A stretch of DNA of 64,000 bases from an uncultured Actinomycetes bacterium (GTDB taxonomy: Bacteria; Actinomycetota; UBA4738; HRBIN12), in the NCBI GenBank assembly GCA_963704885.1, contig CAVPIB010000007.1, positions 211,266 through 275,265 on the forward strand. Reading direction: 5' to 3'. The position numbers and the translations under genes are program-made. The notes under the pieces are model-generated. The model was not told the origin of the DNA, ran no database searches, and saw only the letters and a list, made by a program, of their open reading frames with translations. Below are positions 51,974 through 61,364 of the stretch, piece by piece (within the stretch, counting starts at the first letter, position 1; the number at the start of each line of letters is the position of its first letter).

Positions 51974-52972
51974 ATGAAAGCCGCTGTTCACACCCGGTAC
52001 GGTCCGCCGGACGTGGTTCGGATCGCGGAAGTTGAGAAGCCGACGGCCGTGGACCACGAGGTGCTCGTCAAGGTTCACGCGACCACGGTGAATCGGACGG
52101 ACTGTGGCTTCCTGGCGGGCAAGCCTTTCATCGTTCGGTTCTTCAGCGGACTCCTCCGGCCGAAGGCCACGGTCCTCGGGTGTGAGTTCGCGGGGGTCGT
52201 CGAGGCGGTCGGCGGAGGTGTCACGTCCTTCGAGGTCGGCGACGAGGTGTTCGGATTCAGCGAGTGGCGGTTCGGTGGTCAGGCCGAGTACCTGACGATG
52301 CCCGAAGGCGACTCGATCGCGACGATGCCGGCGAACGTGACCTACGAGGAGGCCGCTGCCAGCACCGAGGGATCGCACTATGCGCTGTCGTTCATCACGA
52401 AGGCCAAGATCCGGAGCGGGCAAGACGTGCTCGTCAACGGCGCGACCGGAGCGATCGGCACGGCGGCGGTGCAGCTCCTGAAGCGACTCGGTGCCGTGGT
52501 GACCGCGGTCTGCGGCAGGGAGCACATGGAGATGGTGCGGGGCTTGGGCGCCGATAGGGTGATCGACTACACGGCCGAGGACTTCACGAATGACGAGCAA
52601 ACGTACGACGTGGTCCTGGACGCGGTCGGCAAGAGCTCGTTCGGTCGCTGCAAGCGCCTGTTGAAACCGGGCGGGATCTACCTCTCATCGGACCTGGGTC
52701 TCCTTGCCCAGAACCCGATCCTGGCGCTCGTCACCCGGCTCTCCCGGGGGAAGAAGGTCGTGTTCCCCATCCCGCCGAGGTACGACCAGGCGCGGGTGAA
52801 CGGCTTCAAGGCGATGCTCGAGGCGGGGGAGTTCAAGCCGGTCATCGACAGGCGGTACGACCTGGACCAGATCGTCGAGGCCTATAGGTACGTCGAGGCC
52901 GGGCAGAAGGTCGGCAACGTCGTGATCATCGTCGATCCCGATCAGAGGTCAAGCCAGATGCGGAGAGCTTGA
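51974..52972 (+). CDS. NAD(P)-dependent MDR-family oxidoreductase
   Basis: MKAAVHTRYGPP, VLVNGATGAIG, PVIDRRY, GNVVI. Confidence 0.92.
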   Translation: MKAAVHTRYGPPDVVRIAEVEKPTAVDHEVLVKVHATTVNRTDCGFLAGKPFIVRFFSGLLRPKATVLGCEFAGVVEAVGGGVTSFEVGDEVFGFSEWRFGGQAEYLTMPEGDSIATMPANVTYEEAAASTEGSHYALSFITKAKIRSGQDVLVNGATGAIGTAAVQLLKRLGAVVTAVCGREHMEMVRGLGADRVIDYTAEDFTNDEQTYDVVLDAVGKSSFGRCKRLLKPGGIYLSSDLGLLAQNPILALVTRLSRGKKVVFPIPPRYDQARVNGFKAMLEAGEFKPVIDRRYDLDQIVEAYRYVEAGQKVGNVVIIVDPDQRSSQMRRA

Positions 52973-52975
52973 CCC

Positions 52976-53596
52976 TCAACGGCCACGGATGAAGGCGAAC
53001 CTCGCACGGCGCGTCGCGGCCGTCTCGACGTGGATGAACCCGGCCTCCCTCATCATCGGGGCCAGCTTGTCCACGATGTCCTCCCCGTGGGTATGGCCGA
53101 CCAACGAGAGGAGATGGCCGAGCGGGGAATGGCTCTCCGTCGCGAGGTCCATCGCCAGGAAACGGCCGCTGGGCTTGAGGACCCGCCGTACCTCCGCGAT
53201 GCCGGCGCGTTTGAGGTCATCCGGCAGGTGGTGGAGCATCAGGCTGCTCGTCACCAGGTCGAAGGAATCGTCCGGGAACGGGAGCGCCTCGATAAGGGCC
53301 ACCTGGAAGTCGATCCCGAGGCCACCCTTGGCCGACTTCTTCTTGGCGACATCGATCATCTCGGGCGAGGCATCGATGCCGCGCACGTCGCCCGGGGCGA
53401 CCTTCGCTTGGAGAACGATCGCGAGCGTTCCGGTGCCGCAACCCACATCGAGCACGTCCTCGCCGGGCGACGGTGCGGCCAGCCGGATGAGTTCGTCTCG
53501 CCCGAACGAGATCTTCCGACTGAACAGGTCGTACATGCGCGCCCGGCGGATGACCATGCCCCTCGTTCCCGGGGTATCGGCGGTCTCGTTATGCAT
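52976..53596 (-). CDS. Class I SAM-dependent methyltransferase
   Basis: VLDVGCGTG, LPFPDDSFD, RVLKPSG. Confidence 0.92.
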   Translation of the reverse strand: MHNETADTPGTRGMVIRRARMYDLFSRKISFGRDELIRLAAPSPGEDVLDVGCGTGTLAIVLQAKVAPGDVRGIDASPEMIDVAKKKSAKGGLGIDFQVALIEALPFPDDSFDLVTSSLMLHHLPDDLKRAGIAEVRRVLKPSGRFLAMDLATESHSPLGHLLSLVGHTHGEDIVDKLAPMMREAGFIHVETAATRRARFAFIRGR

Positions 53597-53633
53597 CCTG
53601 TGAGCGCCTCCTTCCTCGAGTCTATTCGAGCGA

Positions 53634-53774
53634 TCATCCGAACGGATCGCGCACGTCGATGGCGTCGAACCGGCGGAAGTCCCGGTCGTGCGTCCAGATG
53701 GTGCGGACACCGTTCTGGTGCATCAGCGCCACGATGTGCGCATCAGGGACCAGGTTCTCGCGCACCGAGGCATC
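53634..53774 (-). pseudogene. Orphan 3' fragment of vapC; diverged direct repeat of 56246-56386
   Basis: DASVRENLVPDAHIVALMHQNGVRTIWTHDRDFRRFD, about 85% nt identity by manual alignment. Confidence 0.9.
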
Positions 53775-53788
53775 CGTCGATGTTCTAC

Positions 53789-54304
53789 TCACCAACGCTC
53801 GCGATGGACGACGTCGTCGAACGGACGCCGGTCGGGTTGGACGATCGGTGAGAGCGGGCGACCGGCCGGATAGCCGAACGCGACGAGGCCCACGCAGAAG
53901 CGATCCTCGGGGAGGCTCAGGACCTTCCGGGCGAGCACTTGATCGTCCAGCGCCGCGTGGCAGCTCCCGATGCCGAGATCGGCCGCTGCGAGCATCATGC
54001 TCATCGTCGCCTGACCCATGTCGTAGAAGATCCAGTCGCGCGAGTCCTGGTCGGCGGGGATGGGCGCCACGAGGACGATCGTCGCGGCCGACCCCGCGAT
54101 GTGCCGCGCGTAGCGCCACGTCTCGGCGAGCTGTCGGAGGGTCTCACGCTCGGTGCACACAACGAAGTCCCATGGCTGTTCGTTCATCGAGGAGGGCGTA
54201 CGCCGCGCGGCCTCCAGGATCCGCTCCAGGTCCTCCAGCGGGATCGGCCGATCCTGGTACTCCCGCACGTTCCGCCTGGCACGGATCGGATCCCACGTCT
54301 CCAC
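53789..54304 (-). CDS. Nitroreductase family protein
   Basis: RRNVREY, PSSMNEQPWDF, LAAADLGIGSC, FGYP. Confidence 0.92.
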   Translation of the reverse strand: METWDPIRARRNVREYQDRPIPLEDLERILEAARRTPSSMNEQPWDFVVCTERETLRQLAETWRYARHIAGSAATIVLVAPIPADQDSRDWIFYDMGQATMSMMLAAADLGIGSCHAALDDQVLARKVLSLPEDRFCVGLVAFGYPAGRPLSPIVQPDRRPFDDVVHRERW

Positions 54305-54350
54305 GGCGCCACGTTAACCTGGGCCGCTCGCCTCCGCGCGAGCCAGGTCC

Positions 54351-54749
54351 TCAGCGAGGCTGGGTCGCGCCGGGTGTCAACACCTCGAGTCCCAGTGCGG
54401 ACGCTGCATGGGCTTGTCGGACGTCGTAGGTGATCACCGGGCCCACGTCGGGGCGCAGCGAGAGCGCGGTCGCCAGGTGGATCGCATCGAGCGTCCTGAG
54501 GTCTTTCGGACCGAGGGTCGCCGCTTCACGCAGGATGGCGTCGTCGATCGGGACCAGAGCGATGCCGTCCAGGATCCGCTCGGCGCGCGCCGCCGACCGG
54601 CCGGCTCGACGGGTGGCGATCACCACCTCGGTCCACGCGATGTGGCTCGAGACGACCTCCGGATCCGTATGGAGGGCCTGGACCAACTCGGCCGTCTCCG
54701 GCTCACTTACGACGAGCTTCACGATCGCTGAGGAGTCCAGATACAGCAC
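54351..54749 (-). CDS. vapC: VapC PIN-domain toxin
   Basis: YLDSSAIVKL..E, TEV, LRTLDAIHLATA, TYD. Confidence 0.92.
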   Translation of the reverse strand: MLYLDSSAIVKLVVSEPETAELVQALHTDPEVVSSHIAWTEVVIATRRAGRSAARAERILDGIALVPIDDAILREAATLGPKDLRTLDAIHLATALSLRPDVGPVITYDVRQAHAASALGLEVLTPGATQPR

Positions 54750-54752
54750 GGG

Positions 54753-55031
54753 CTAGATGCGATCCTCGCGGCTCTCGTCCAACGTCCGGCTCAGGTCACG
54801 CGAGGGCGTGCCCTTCGGGGGGAGCAGCGTCAGGAGGTCGCCGCGCGGTGCTATCACACGACCGGAGGCGACCAACCGGTCGAGCGCGTTCTGCGGGGCA
54901 GGAAGCGGAGCCAGCACCGCGACCGGCCGTCCATGCTCGGTGACCTCGAGTCGCTCGCCTCGCTTGATGCGGTCGAGGTACTTGCTGAGGTTCTGCCTGA
55001 GCTCCCGGACGCCCACCTGTCGATCCTCCAT
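54753..55031 (-). CDS. vapB: Phd/YefM-type antitoxin
   Basis: VGVRELRQNLSKYL..GERLEVTEHGRPVA. Confidence 0.9.
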   Translation of the reverse strand: MEDRQVGVRELRQNLSKYLDRIKRGERLEVTEHGRPVAVLAPLPAPQNALDRLVASGRVIAPRGDLLTLLPPKGTPSRDLSRTLDESREDRI

Positions 55032-55050
55032 GTAGCACATGGTAGCACAT
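55030..55050. promoter_or_regulatory. Probable TA autoregulatory site
   Basis: gtagcacat repeated twice at the antitoxin start. Confidence 0.45.
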
Positions 55051-55592
55051 CAATCGGAGGTGGGGATCTCGAACGGGCGGACACGGCCCAAGAGATCGGC
55101 GCGTGGTCGCCCGGCCGCGCACGCGGCCCATCCCGTCAGGTCGGGGCGCCGGCCGAACAGCGCCAGCGTTCGCTCGTCGCGGACCTCGCCGCGCCGCAAG
55201 CCGCCGTCGACCCGCCAGCCGGAACCGGTTTCCGACGACAGCGCCGCGCTGGGCGCCGACAGACCCGTCGCCCCGCCCGCGCGGAGAGCGAGGGCCTCCT
55301 CGCGACAGGCGGGATAGCTGCCCGGTCCCCCGGTCACCACGTCGGCGGGGAGCGATGGCTCGGCGAGCTTCCGTTCAGGAACCTCCACGGCCCACATGGC
55401 CCTACGGACGCCTTCCAGATCGGACGGCTCCGTTATCTCCTCGTGACGGAGGAACTCGGCCCACGCGCCGTCCGGCGTTCCGGAGAAGTACTGCACCGGG
55501 CCCTCGCCGTCGCCGTGCCAGCGTGCGGCCGGCTGCTCGGACGACTCCCACAGGAACGGCAGCCTGGTGTCGGCGTGTCGGTAGACGATCAC
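55050..55592 (-). CDS. RES-domain toxin
   Basis: VYRH, ARWH, QYFS..AWAEF, Y, APSAA; GTGA overlap with antitoxin. Confidence 0.85.
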   Translation of the reverse strand: MIVYRHADTRLPFLWESSEQPAARWHGDGEGPVQYFSGTPDGAWAEFLRHEEITEPSDLEGVRRAMWAVEVPERKLAEPSLPADVVTGGPGSYPACREEALALRAGGATGLSAPSAALSSETGSGWRVDGGLRRGEVRDERTLALFGRRPDLTGWAACAAGRPRADLLGRVRPFEIPTSD

Positions 55593-56215
55593 GTCGCGGG
55601 AGACGAGGTCAGCGCTCGTGCCAGATCGCGCACACGTTGCGCCCCCTCGGAGTCCGGCGTCCACTTGCCACGCAGGAGCTGCGCTGGCGTCCGACCGTCG
55701 AGCGTCGTCCGCCGACGTTGGAACCACCGGCGCACACCGATGTCGTTGTAGGCGCCGCGCAGGTACCCGACGACGAGCGATAGGTAGTGGGCCCTGGCCG
55801 CGATAGCGTCCGGGGGACGACGAGCGCCCGAAGCGTACCGACGCAGGCTCGACTCGGAGGCACCCAGTAGCGTGCCGAGCTCGTCATGTGGGAACAGATC
55901 CAGGAGGGAGGCCAACTCCAGCTCGGGCATGGGCGACTCGCGCAGGGAATCGCCGAGTCGCTCCAGGAACGCGCGGATGGTCGCCGGATCCAGGTCCTTC
56001 TCGCTCATCAGCCTGGCGGCATCGGTCTGCGCGATCCCGGCGCGGGCGGCCGTCTCGGCGATGTCGAGCAAGGTGTCGCGGTCGAGCCGTTCGACGTCGG
56101 CTGAGAGAAGCCCCATGGACTCCATGAAGAGCAAGGCGTCCATCGCGGACGAGACCAGATCAGCATCCTCCAACGTGAACGGATCCGAAACGGCATCGAT
56201 ACGGACCTTTACCAT
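55589..56215 (-). CDS. Xre/MbcA/ParS-like antitoxin with long N-terminal extension
   Basis: HTH LGASESSLRRY; RRWF..R..LDGRTP..LL C-terminus. Confidence 0.8.
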   Translation of the reverse strand: MVKVRIDAVSDPFTLEDADLVSSAMDALLFMESMGLLSADVERLDRDTLLDIAETAARAGIAQTDAARLMSEKDLDPATIRAFLERLGDSLRESPMPELELASLLDLFPHDELGTLLGASESSLRRYASGARRPPDAIAARAHYLSLVVGYLRGAYNDIGVRRWFQRRRTTLDGRTPAQLLRGKWTPDSEGAQRVRDLARALTSSPAT

Positions 56216-56245
56216 GACCCGAACTATATCCGTTCTACGCCCGGA

Positions 56246-56677
56246 TCACTCGAAGGGATCGCGCACCTCAACGGAGTCGAACCGACGGAAGTCTCGGTCG
56301 TGCGTCCAGATGGTGCGCACACCGTTCTCGTGCATGAGTGCGACGACGTACGCATCGGGAACCAGGTTCCCCCGCACCGAGGCATCGGCCACGTGTCGGT
56401 AACTCGACCAGAACCGCTCATCCTCGCCGGGGGTCTGGACATGAGGCAACGCGAGCAGCCGTTCGACGTTTCCCGTCGCCTCAGCGGGGGTGAGCGGAGC
56501 GGCGAACACGCTTGGATGCGTCGCGATGCGAAGGTACGCCATGAGGATCGGCCAGAAGAGGTAGACGATCTCGGGGCCCTGGGCCAGCTGCCCCAGAAGA
56601 GCGCTCGAGCGATCGTGGAACGGACTCGAGGAGTCGGAGGCGTACAGCAGGAGGTTCGCGTCGACCGTGTAACTCAT
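56246..56677 (-). CDS. vapC: VapC PIN-domain toxin
   Basis: VDANLLLYA, YLRIATHP, GNLVPDA, THDRDFRRF. Confidence 0.92.
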   Translation of the reverse strand: MSYTVDANLLLYASDSSSPFHDRSSALLGQLAQGPEIVYLFWPILMAYLRIATHPSVFAAPLTPAEATGNVERLLALPHVQTPGEDERFWSSYRHVADASVRGNLVPDAYVVALMHENGVRTIWTHDRDFRRFDSVEVRDPFE

Positions 56678-56904
56678 CGGCCGTCGAGAACGCGGTAGAC
56701 GGCGTCCTTGTCCTCGAGGTCGACCAGCGGGCGCATCGGCTTGGCCACCCACGCGAACGGTTCGGGCGGCGGCTCGCTTTCCTCGCGGAGCGAAGTGGCT
56801 AGCAGCTCGGAGACGAGCTGACCGAGGCTCTTCCCCTCGCGCCGCTGCCGCTTCTTGAGCGCGCGGAACACCGCGGCGTCGATATCGATCGTAGTTCGAG
56901 GCAT
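56674..56904 (-). CDS. vapB: RHH-type VapB antitoxin
   Basis: MPRTTIDID..KSLGQLVSELL..VDLEDKDA; 4-bp overlap with toxin. Confidence 0.9.
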   Translation of the reverse strand: MPRTTIDIDAAVFRALKKRQRREGKSLGQLVSELLATSLREESEPPPEPFAWVAKPMRPLVDLEDKDAVYRVLDGR

Positions 56905-57156
56905 GATGCGTGATGTTAGCCACCTACGCATCAGATGTCCACGGCGAGCTTCCCCTCCAACCTGGTGCGAAGCTCTCCCGTCTGGTGTTGCCGATCTCCT
57001 GGCATCCCACAACCTCCTCGGCGATGAAGCGACAGTTCCTCTGATCGCGTTCAGGATGGACCGGCGCAGTTCAGCCGTCTGTGAGCTCGGTCACGTTGGC
57101 GCTGAAATCCTCGTCGGTCTGGGCACGTGGCTACACTGAAGCGAGGAGGCGGACGC

Positions 57157-57318
57157 GTGGAACGTGAGCCTGAAGACCAGGAACGGGTTAGCGAGGAAGA
57201 GCCGGTCGAGCCTCCCCGGTTCGATCCGGACCCGAACCTCGTGTCCTTCCTCGAGCGGGGCAAGAAGGACGATCCGAAGAAGGTCTGGGCTGCCCAGACC
57301 CGGAACGTCTCAGGCTAG
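57157..57318 (+). CDS. Small acidic hypothetical protein (53 aa)
   Basis: RBS gaggagg before GTG; PPRFDPDPNLVSFLERG. Confidence 0.5.
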   Translation: MEREPEDQERVSEEEPVEPPRFDPDPNLVSFLERGKKDDPKKVWAAQTRNVSG

Positions 57319-57327
57319 GCTCCTCGT

Positions 57328-58501
57328 TCACGGCTGCTCCTTCCCGTCCTCCTCGACGTCGGCGGCCAAGCGTCGGAGCTCGTCGGCGTTCGGCGACCCG
57401 GCGGCGTGCGACCGCAGCTCGGAAGCCGCCTCGCGGAGCACGGCTTTCGCACCTTCGTAGTCGCCGAGCTGTGCACGACCGCGGGCGTCGCGCTGGGCCT
57501 GCGCCGAGCGCAGGATCACGACCTCCTCGCTCACCTCGGTGTCCAGGCCGGCCGCGGCCGCCTCGTCGGAGGAGACCAGGTTCACGTTCAGCGGTATCCG
57601 GGTCTCGTGCTGCTCGATCTGCTCGCCGATCGAGACGTAGCGCAGCACGACCTCGCCGATCGTGGTGGGACCGAGCGTCGGGAGCGACGGCACGTGCAGC
57701 GCGAACACGACGCGCCGGGTCTCGCCGCCGTACGCGTCGCCCAGCTGCGCCTGGACGCCGCCGTCCACCTGGACGCACGGGAACTCGTTCAGGACGCCGA
57801 GCACCTGCACGTGCTCCGAGCCACGCACCTCGACGCTCACGTTCTGCGCGACCAGTGAGACCAGGTCTTCGAACTCCTTCGCGAAGATGCCCGGCGCGTC
57901 GTCGGGCGAGGCGGCGTGGTGCGCGTTGCCGCTCGACGCCATCGCGGTCAGGAGCTCCTCGTCGAAGTCGTCGCCGAACCCGATCGTGGTGGTGCCGACG
58001 CGCTGACTCTGCACCGCGCCGTCGGCGAGCGAGACCAACGAGGGCGCGTCGGTGACGCCGACGTTCGCCAGGCCATCGGTCAGCAGCAGGATCTGTGCGG
58101 ATCGCGCCGCGCTCGTCGGCGCCGCCCAGGACCTCGAAGCCTTTCATCCAGCCGCCCGACAGGTTGGTCTGACCGCCGGGGGCGATCGAGCTGATCGCGA
58201 CGGCGAGGGCCGACGTCGGGTTCGCGAGCGGCGCCATCAGACGGACCTCGTCGTCGTAGGTGACCAACGCGATGCGGTCGGTGGGAGCCAGCCGGCGGGC
58301 CAGGAACGCGGCGCACTCCTTCGTGACGTCGAGCTTGCGCCCTGCCATCGAGCCGGAGCGATCGATCACGAGCGCCAGGTCGAGCGGCGTGCGCGTATCG
58401 GCTCCTGGCGCGGGCGGGCTCGTGATCTCGAGCATGCAGTGGACGTCGTGCTCGGACTCCACGGCGAGAAGCGAGTGTTCGAAGCGAGCGGAGAGTTGCA
58501 T
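57328..58501 (-). CDS. VWA domain protein (frameshifted near 58040-58100)
   Basis: MIDAS VIDRSGSM, GGQTNLSGG, LLTDGLANVG, IGFGDDFDEELL, LVAQNV. Confidence 0.88.
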
Positions 58502-58563
58502 GGGGGGCCTCCTAGCGTTGGGGGAAGACGCTTCGAGACCAAGTGTGCGCTGGAGTACTGACA

Positions 58564-58578
58564 CGAACGGGTGTTCGA
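58564..58578. promoter_or_regulatory. LexA (SOS) box
   Basis: CGAAC-GGGT-GTTCGA matches the Gram-positive/actinobacterial CGAAC-N4-GTTCG consensus; intergenic. Confidence 0.75.
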
Positions 58579-58702
58579 GGAGCGCTGAATGACGAGTACT
58601 CGAGCTGGCTGCGACCGAAGACGCGATCCGTGGCGTCAGCGATCGCTGGCATCCCTCCGCGGGCTACAGAACGCCTTCCCGTTGACCGACAACGGTCGCA
58701 CG

Positions 58703-59428
58703 ATGTCGAAGTTAGATACCGATCGACCGCCAGGTCGGCTGCTGACCGCGCAAGAGGCAGATCTCGCCTTCTACGTGGACTTCGAAGGACGCCAGGATGA
58801 AGCGCCCGCGCTGTTGGGCGTCCTCAACCCCATCGGCGACGGATCCAGGTTCCGGCAAACGGTGCTCGATGAGCGGTTCCGCTCGGCGGCTGCAGCGAAG
58901 GGACTCCCCGTCGAAGACATCGGCAGGGCGATCGATGCCTTAGCTGGCGAGATCGATGCTTCTGGTGCCTGCGTCGTCGCATGGAGTACACATGAGTGGG
59001 ATGTGTTCAGTCGATACGCCTCTGACGACGCTACGACTGTGTTGAGGAAGGCCTTCCGGAACGGGATACCGTTGGCGAGGAAGTGGCGTGCGGCATTCGC
59101 ACCGGATTGGACGCCACCGAAATCCAAGATCCCCGGTCGCGGCAGACATTCGCTCGCCGCGTACATGGCCCGGTTGGGATACGAGGTGCCCGCCGCCTTC
59201 GGCCCCAACAACACGGGCCAGCGTCTCAAGGCGGTCAAGGAGATGCTGGAGGCAAGGGGCGACTACTCCCGTCTCACACCAACCGTCAAAGGTAAGTGGA
59301 CCAAGGTGCTCCGTCACAATGAACATGACTGCCGTGGGATGCAGTGGGTGTGCACGAAGACGTCAAGCGATCTGTGGTCGTCCGAACCCGATTGCCGGGA
59401 GTCGCCTGAAGCTTCGAGCCTCGTGTGA
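58703..59428 (+). CDS. Putative DEDD/RNase H-like 3'-5' exonuclease
   Basis: YVDFEG (ExoI-like), VVAWSTHE (ExoII-like), HNEHDC (ExoIII-like). Confidence 0.6.
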   Translation: MSKLDTDRPPGRLLTAQEADLAFYVDFEGRQDEAPALLGVLNPIGDGSRFRQTVLDERFRSAAAAKGLPVEDIGRAIDALAGEIDASGACVVAWSTHEWDVFSRYASDDATTVLRKAFRNGIPLARKWRAAFAPDWTPPKSKIPGRGRHSLAAYMARLGYEVPAAFGPNNTGQRLKAVKEMLEARGDYSRLTPTVKGKWTKVLRHNEHDCRGMQWVCTKTSSDLWSSEPDCRESPEASSLV

Positions 59429-59457
59429 GCGGGCCACTGACTCGATCCTCGCAACAC

Positions 59458-59628
59458 TTATCGCTTCAGGATCTTGTCGCCGACCTGTAGGCCAACGCCG
59501 AAGAACACGCCGCACACGATGAACGCGACCGTGGCGTTCCCGATGATGCCGTTCGCGAGTACGCCTACTCCCAAGGTTGCCAGGAGGAGAACGATGAGTC
59601 CGATGCCACTCTCTTGTTCCGGGGTCAT
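59458..59628 (-). CDS. 56-aa two-TM protein absent from the ORF track
   Basis: MTPEQESGIGLIVLLLATLGVGVLANGIIGNATVAFIVCGVFFGVGLQVGDKILKR; gagga RBS. Confidence 0.6.
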   Translation of the reverse strand: MTPEQESGIGLIVLLLATLGVGVLANGIIGNATVAFIVCGVFFGVGLQVGDKILKR

Positions 59629-60125
59629 GAGTCCTCAGCTTCGTCTCTAACGGGATCGTCAAGGGCGTACCGGGGGTCCGCCGCGTCACGGAACAATCCT
59701 AGGCGGAGCTAACGACACGGGATTCGACGAACCCCTGCCGGGCCACGCGGAACTTCGGCCGCAGCGCCTCGCGCTCCGGGGCGGCGTTCTTCTCGATGAG
59801 GATCTAGGAACTGCAGAGCTGCCCTTCTGCGCCAGGTCCTGCGCGAAGGGCAGGTAGTGGACCTCGCCGGCCATCCCAGGGGGTTTCTTGCATGCGGATC
59901 GCTACTTGGAACTGCCAAACGGGGCTGGACACCAATTGGGCATCGGTCGAGGCCTTGAACATGGATGCAGTAACCGTTCAGGAATGCGGACCAGACACGC
60001 CTGAACAAGCAGCCGGTCGGGGCGGGTGGTCCTGCGAGTGGGAAGTCGGACGCTACGAGAAGGGATGACCCGGGTGCGCGTGCAATCATGCGGGAGCCGT
60101 GCCGGTCGGGTCAGGAGGTTGAGGC

Positions 60126-60923
60126 ATGGACGTGGTGGTCTGGAACATGCATCAGTTGCCTGACAACTGGAATCTCCTTCGCGAGGGTGCTGAGCTCGAC
60201 GCGGATATCCATCTCCTATGCGAGGCACCTCGTCCCGCGCGCGGCTCGCAAGCGATCGGTCAATGGCGAACCGTCGGTCTGGAGGACGCGCTACCGCTCG
60301 ACCACCCGGTGAAACGGGAATGGTCAACGGCCTTGGCTGCTCGGAATGAGATCACATGGATCACAGACGCTCGGATCGATCGCCAATACAAGGCGAAGCT
60401 GCCGTTCAAGCCATCCCGTCCGGGGTCGTGGACAGCCGGTCGCGTCAAGATCGGCCGGGTAGCGGTGACAGCGATCTCCCTCTACGGGTTGATGGACGAG
60501 AAGTCTGACGCTTCGGTGCACCGCTCACTGTCGGAGCTCTCGCCGATCTTCGATCACAAGGAGTACGGCAAGTACTTGCTGCTCGGCGGGGACCTCAACA
60601 TCTTCGCGAACCCTCGCCCTGCTGATCCCGCACGCGCTCGCCACCTCGCCGTCCTTGAACGGATAGCCGCCTACGGTCTCACGAGCTGCCTCACGGTCGC
60701 GAAGCGACCCGCACGACAACCGTTGGAAGACTGCCCGTGTGGGGATGAAGGGTGCCGTCACCAGCGCACGTTCCAGAAGAGCAGCAAGGCGCCAGGCCGT
60801 GCCTACGAAGAGGACTACCTGTTCGCGTCGAAGGCCCTGGCGCGGAAGCTGCACAGTTGTGAGGTCTTGCAGTTCCGAGCGACCAGCGACCACGCTCCGC
60901 TGCGAGCGAGATTCAACATCTGA
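60126..60923 (+). CDS. Endonuclease/exonuclease/phosphatase (EEP) family protein
   Basis: VVWNM, LLCEA, LGGDLN, DYLFAS, SDHAPL. Confidence 0.9.
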   Translation: MDVVVWNMHQLPDNWNLLREGAELDADIHLLCEAPRPARGSQAIGQWRTVGLEDALPLDHPVKREWSTALAARNEITWITDARIDRQYKAKLPFKPSRPGSWTAGRVKIGRVAVTAISLYGLMDEKSDASVHRSLSELSPIFDHKEYGKYLLLGGDLNIFANPRPADPARARHLAVLERIAAYGLTSCLTVAKRPARQPLEDCPCGDEGCRHQRTFQKSSKAPGRAYEEDYLFASKALARKLHSCEVLQFRATSDHAPLRARFNI

Positions 60924-60969
60924 AGCGGCCAAGCTGCTCGGCTCGATCGAAGGAGTCGCGTCGCACCTG

Positions 60970-61266
60970 CTAGTGAGCCCCGTAGACCGTGAAACCCCGT
61001 CGGCGGAGCCTTTCACCGACTCGCCGCTCCAAGGCCTCAGCTTCGGCGCGCGTCTTCACTGGCTGGTACGCGTTGTAGAGGCGCGGCCTGAGCCGAACAC
61101 CATGATCACGCACGTAGCGAGACGCCCTCTCCCCTCGGAGGTGTTGAGCGAACCGCTCCTCGGGAGCCTTGGCCGACTGTCCGACGTAGACGGCCGGCTT
61201 CACGGTCCCCTTTCGAAGGGAATCATCTAGCTCGATCACATAGACGCGGTACGTCGTTTCAGCCAT
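60970..61266 (-). CDS. Stand-alone GIY-YIG nuclease
   Basis: RVYVIEL...VYVGQS..PEERFAQH...E. Confidence 0.8.
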   Translation of the reverse strand: MAETTYRVYVIELDDSLRKGTVKPAVYVGQSAKAPEERFAQHLRGERASRYVRDHGVRLRPRLYNAYQPVKTRAEAEALERRVGERLRRRGFTVYGAH

Positions 61267-61364
61267 CAGCTCCCTTCGCAGCCATAGGTCTATCTTCCAT
61301 CGTCAGCCGCAGCTCCCATCCTTACCGCTGGGGCTCGGCAGATAGCGCGAGTAGCCTTCACCTG

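Noticed and set aside
56246-56923. 225-aa VapC with N-terminal extension
   Set aside because: The extension overlaps the antitoxin in another frame; the ATGA-coupled start at 56677 fits better.
59686-60089. Possible gene remnant (MAGEVHYLPFAQDLAQ...ILIEKNAAPEREALRPKF)
   Set aside because: Coding-like but broken, and not assignable to any family I recognise.
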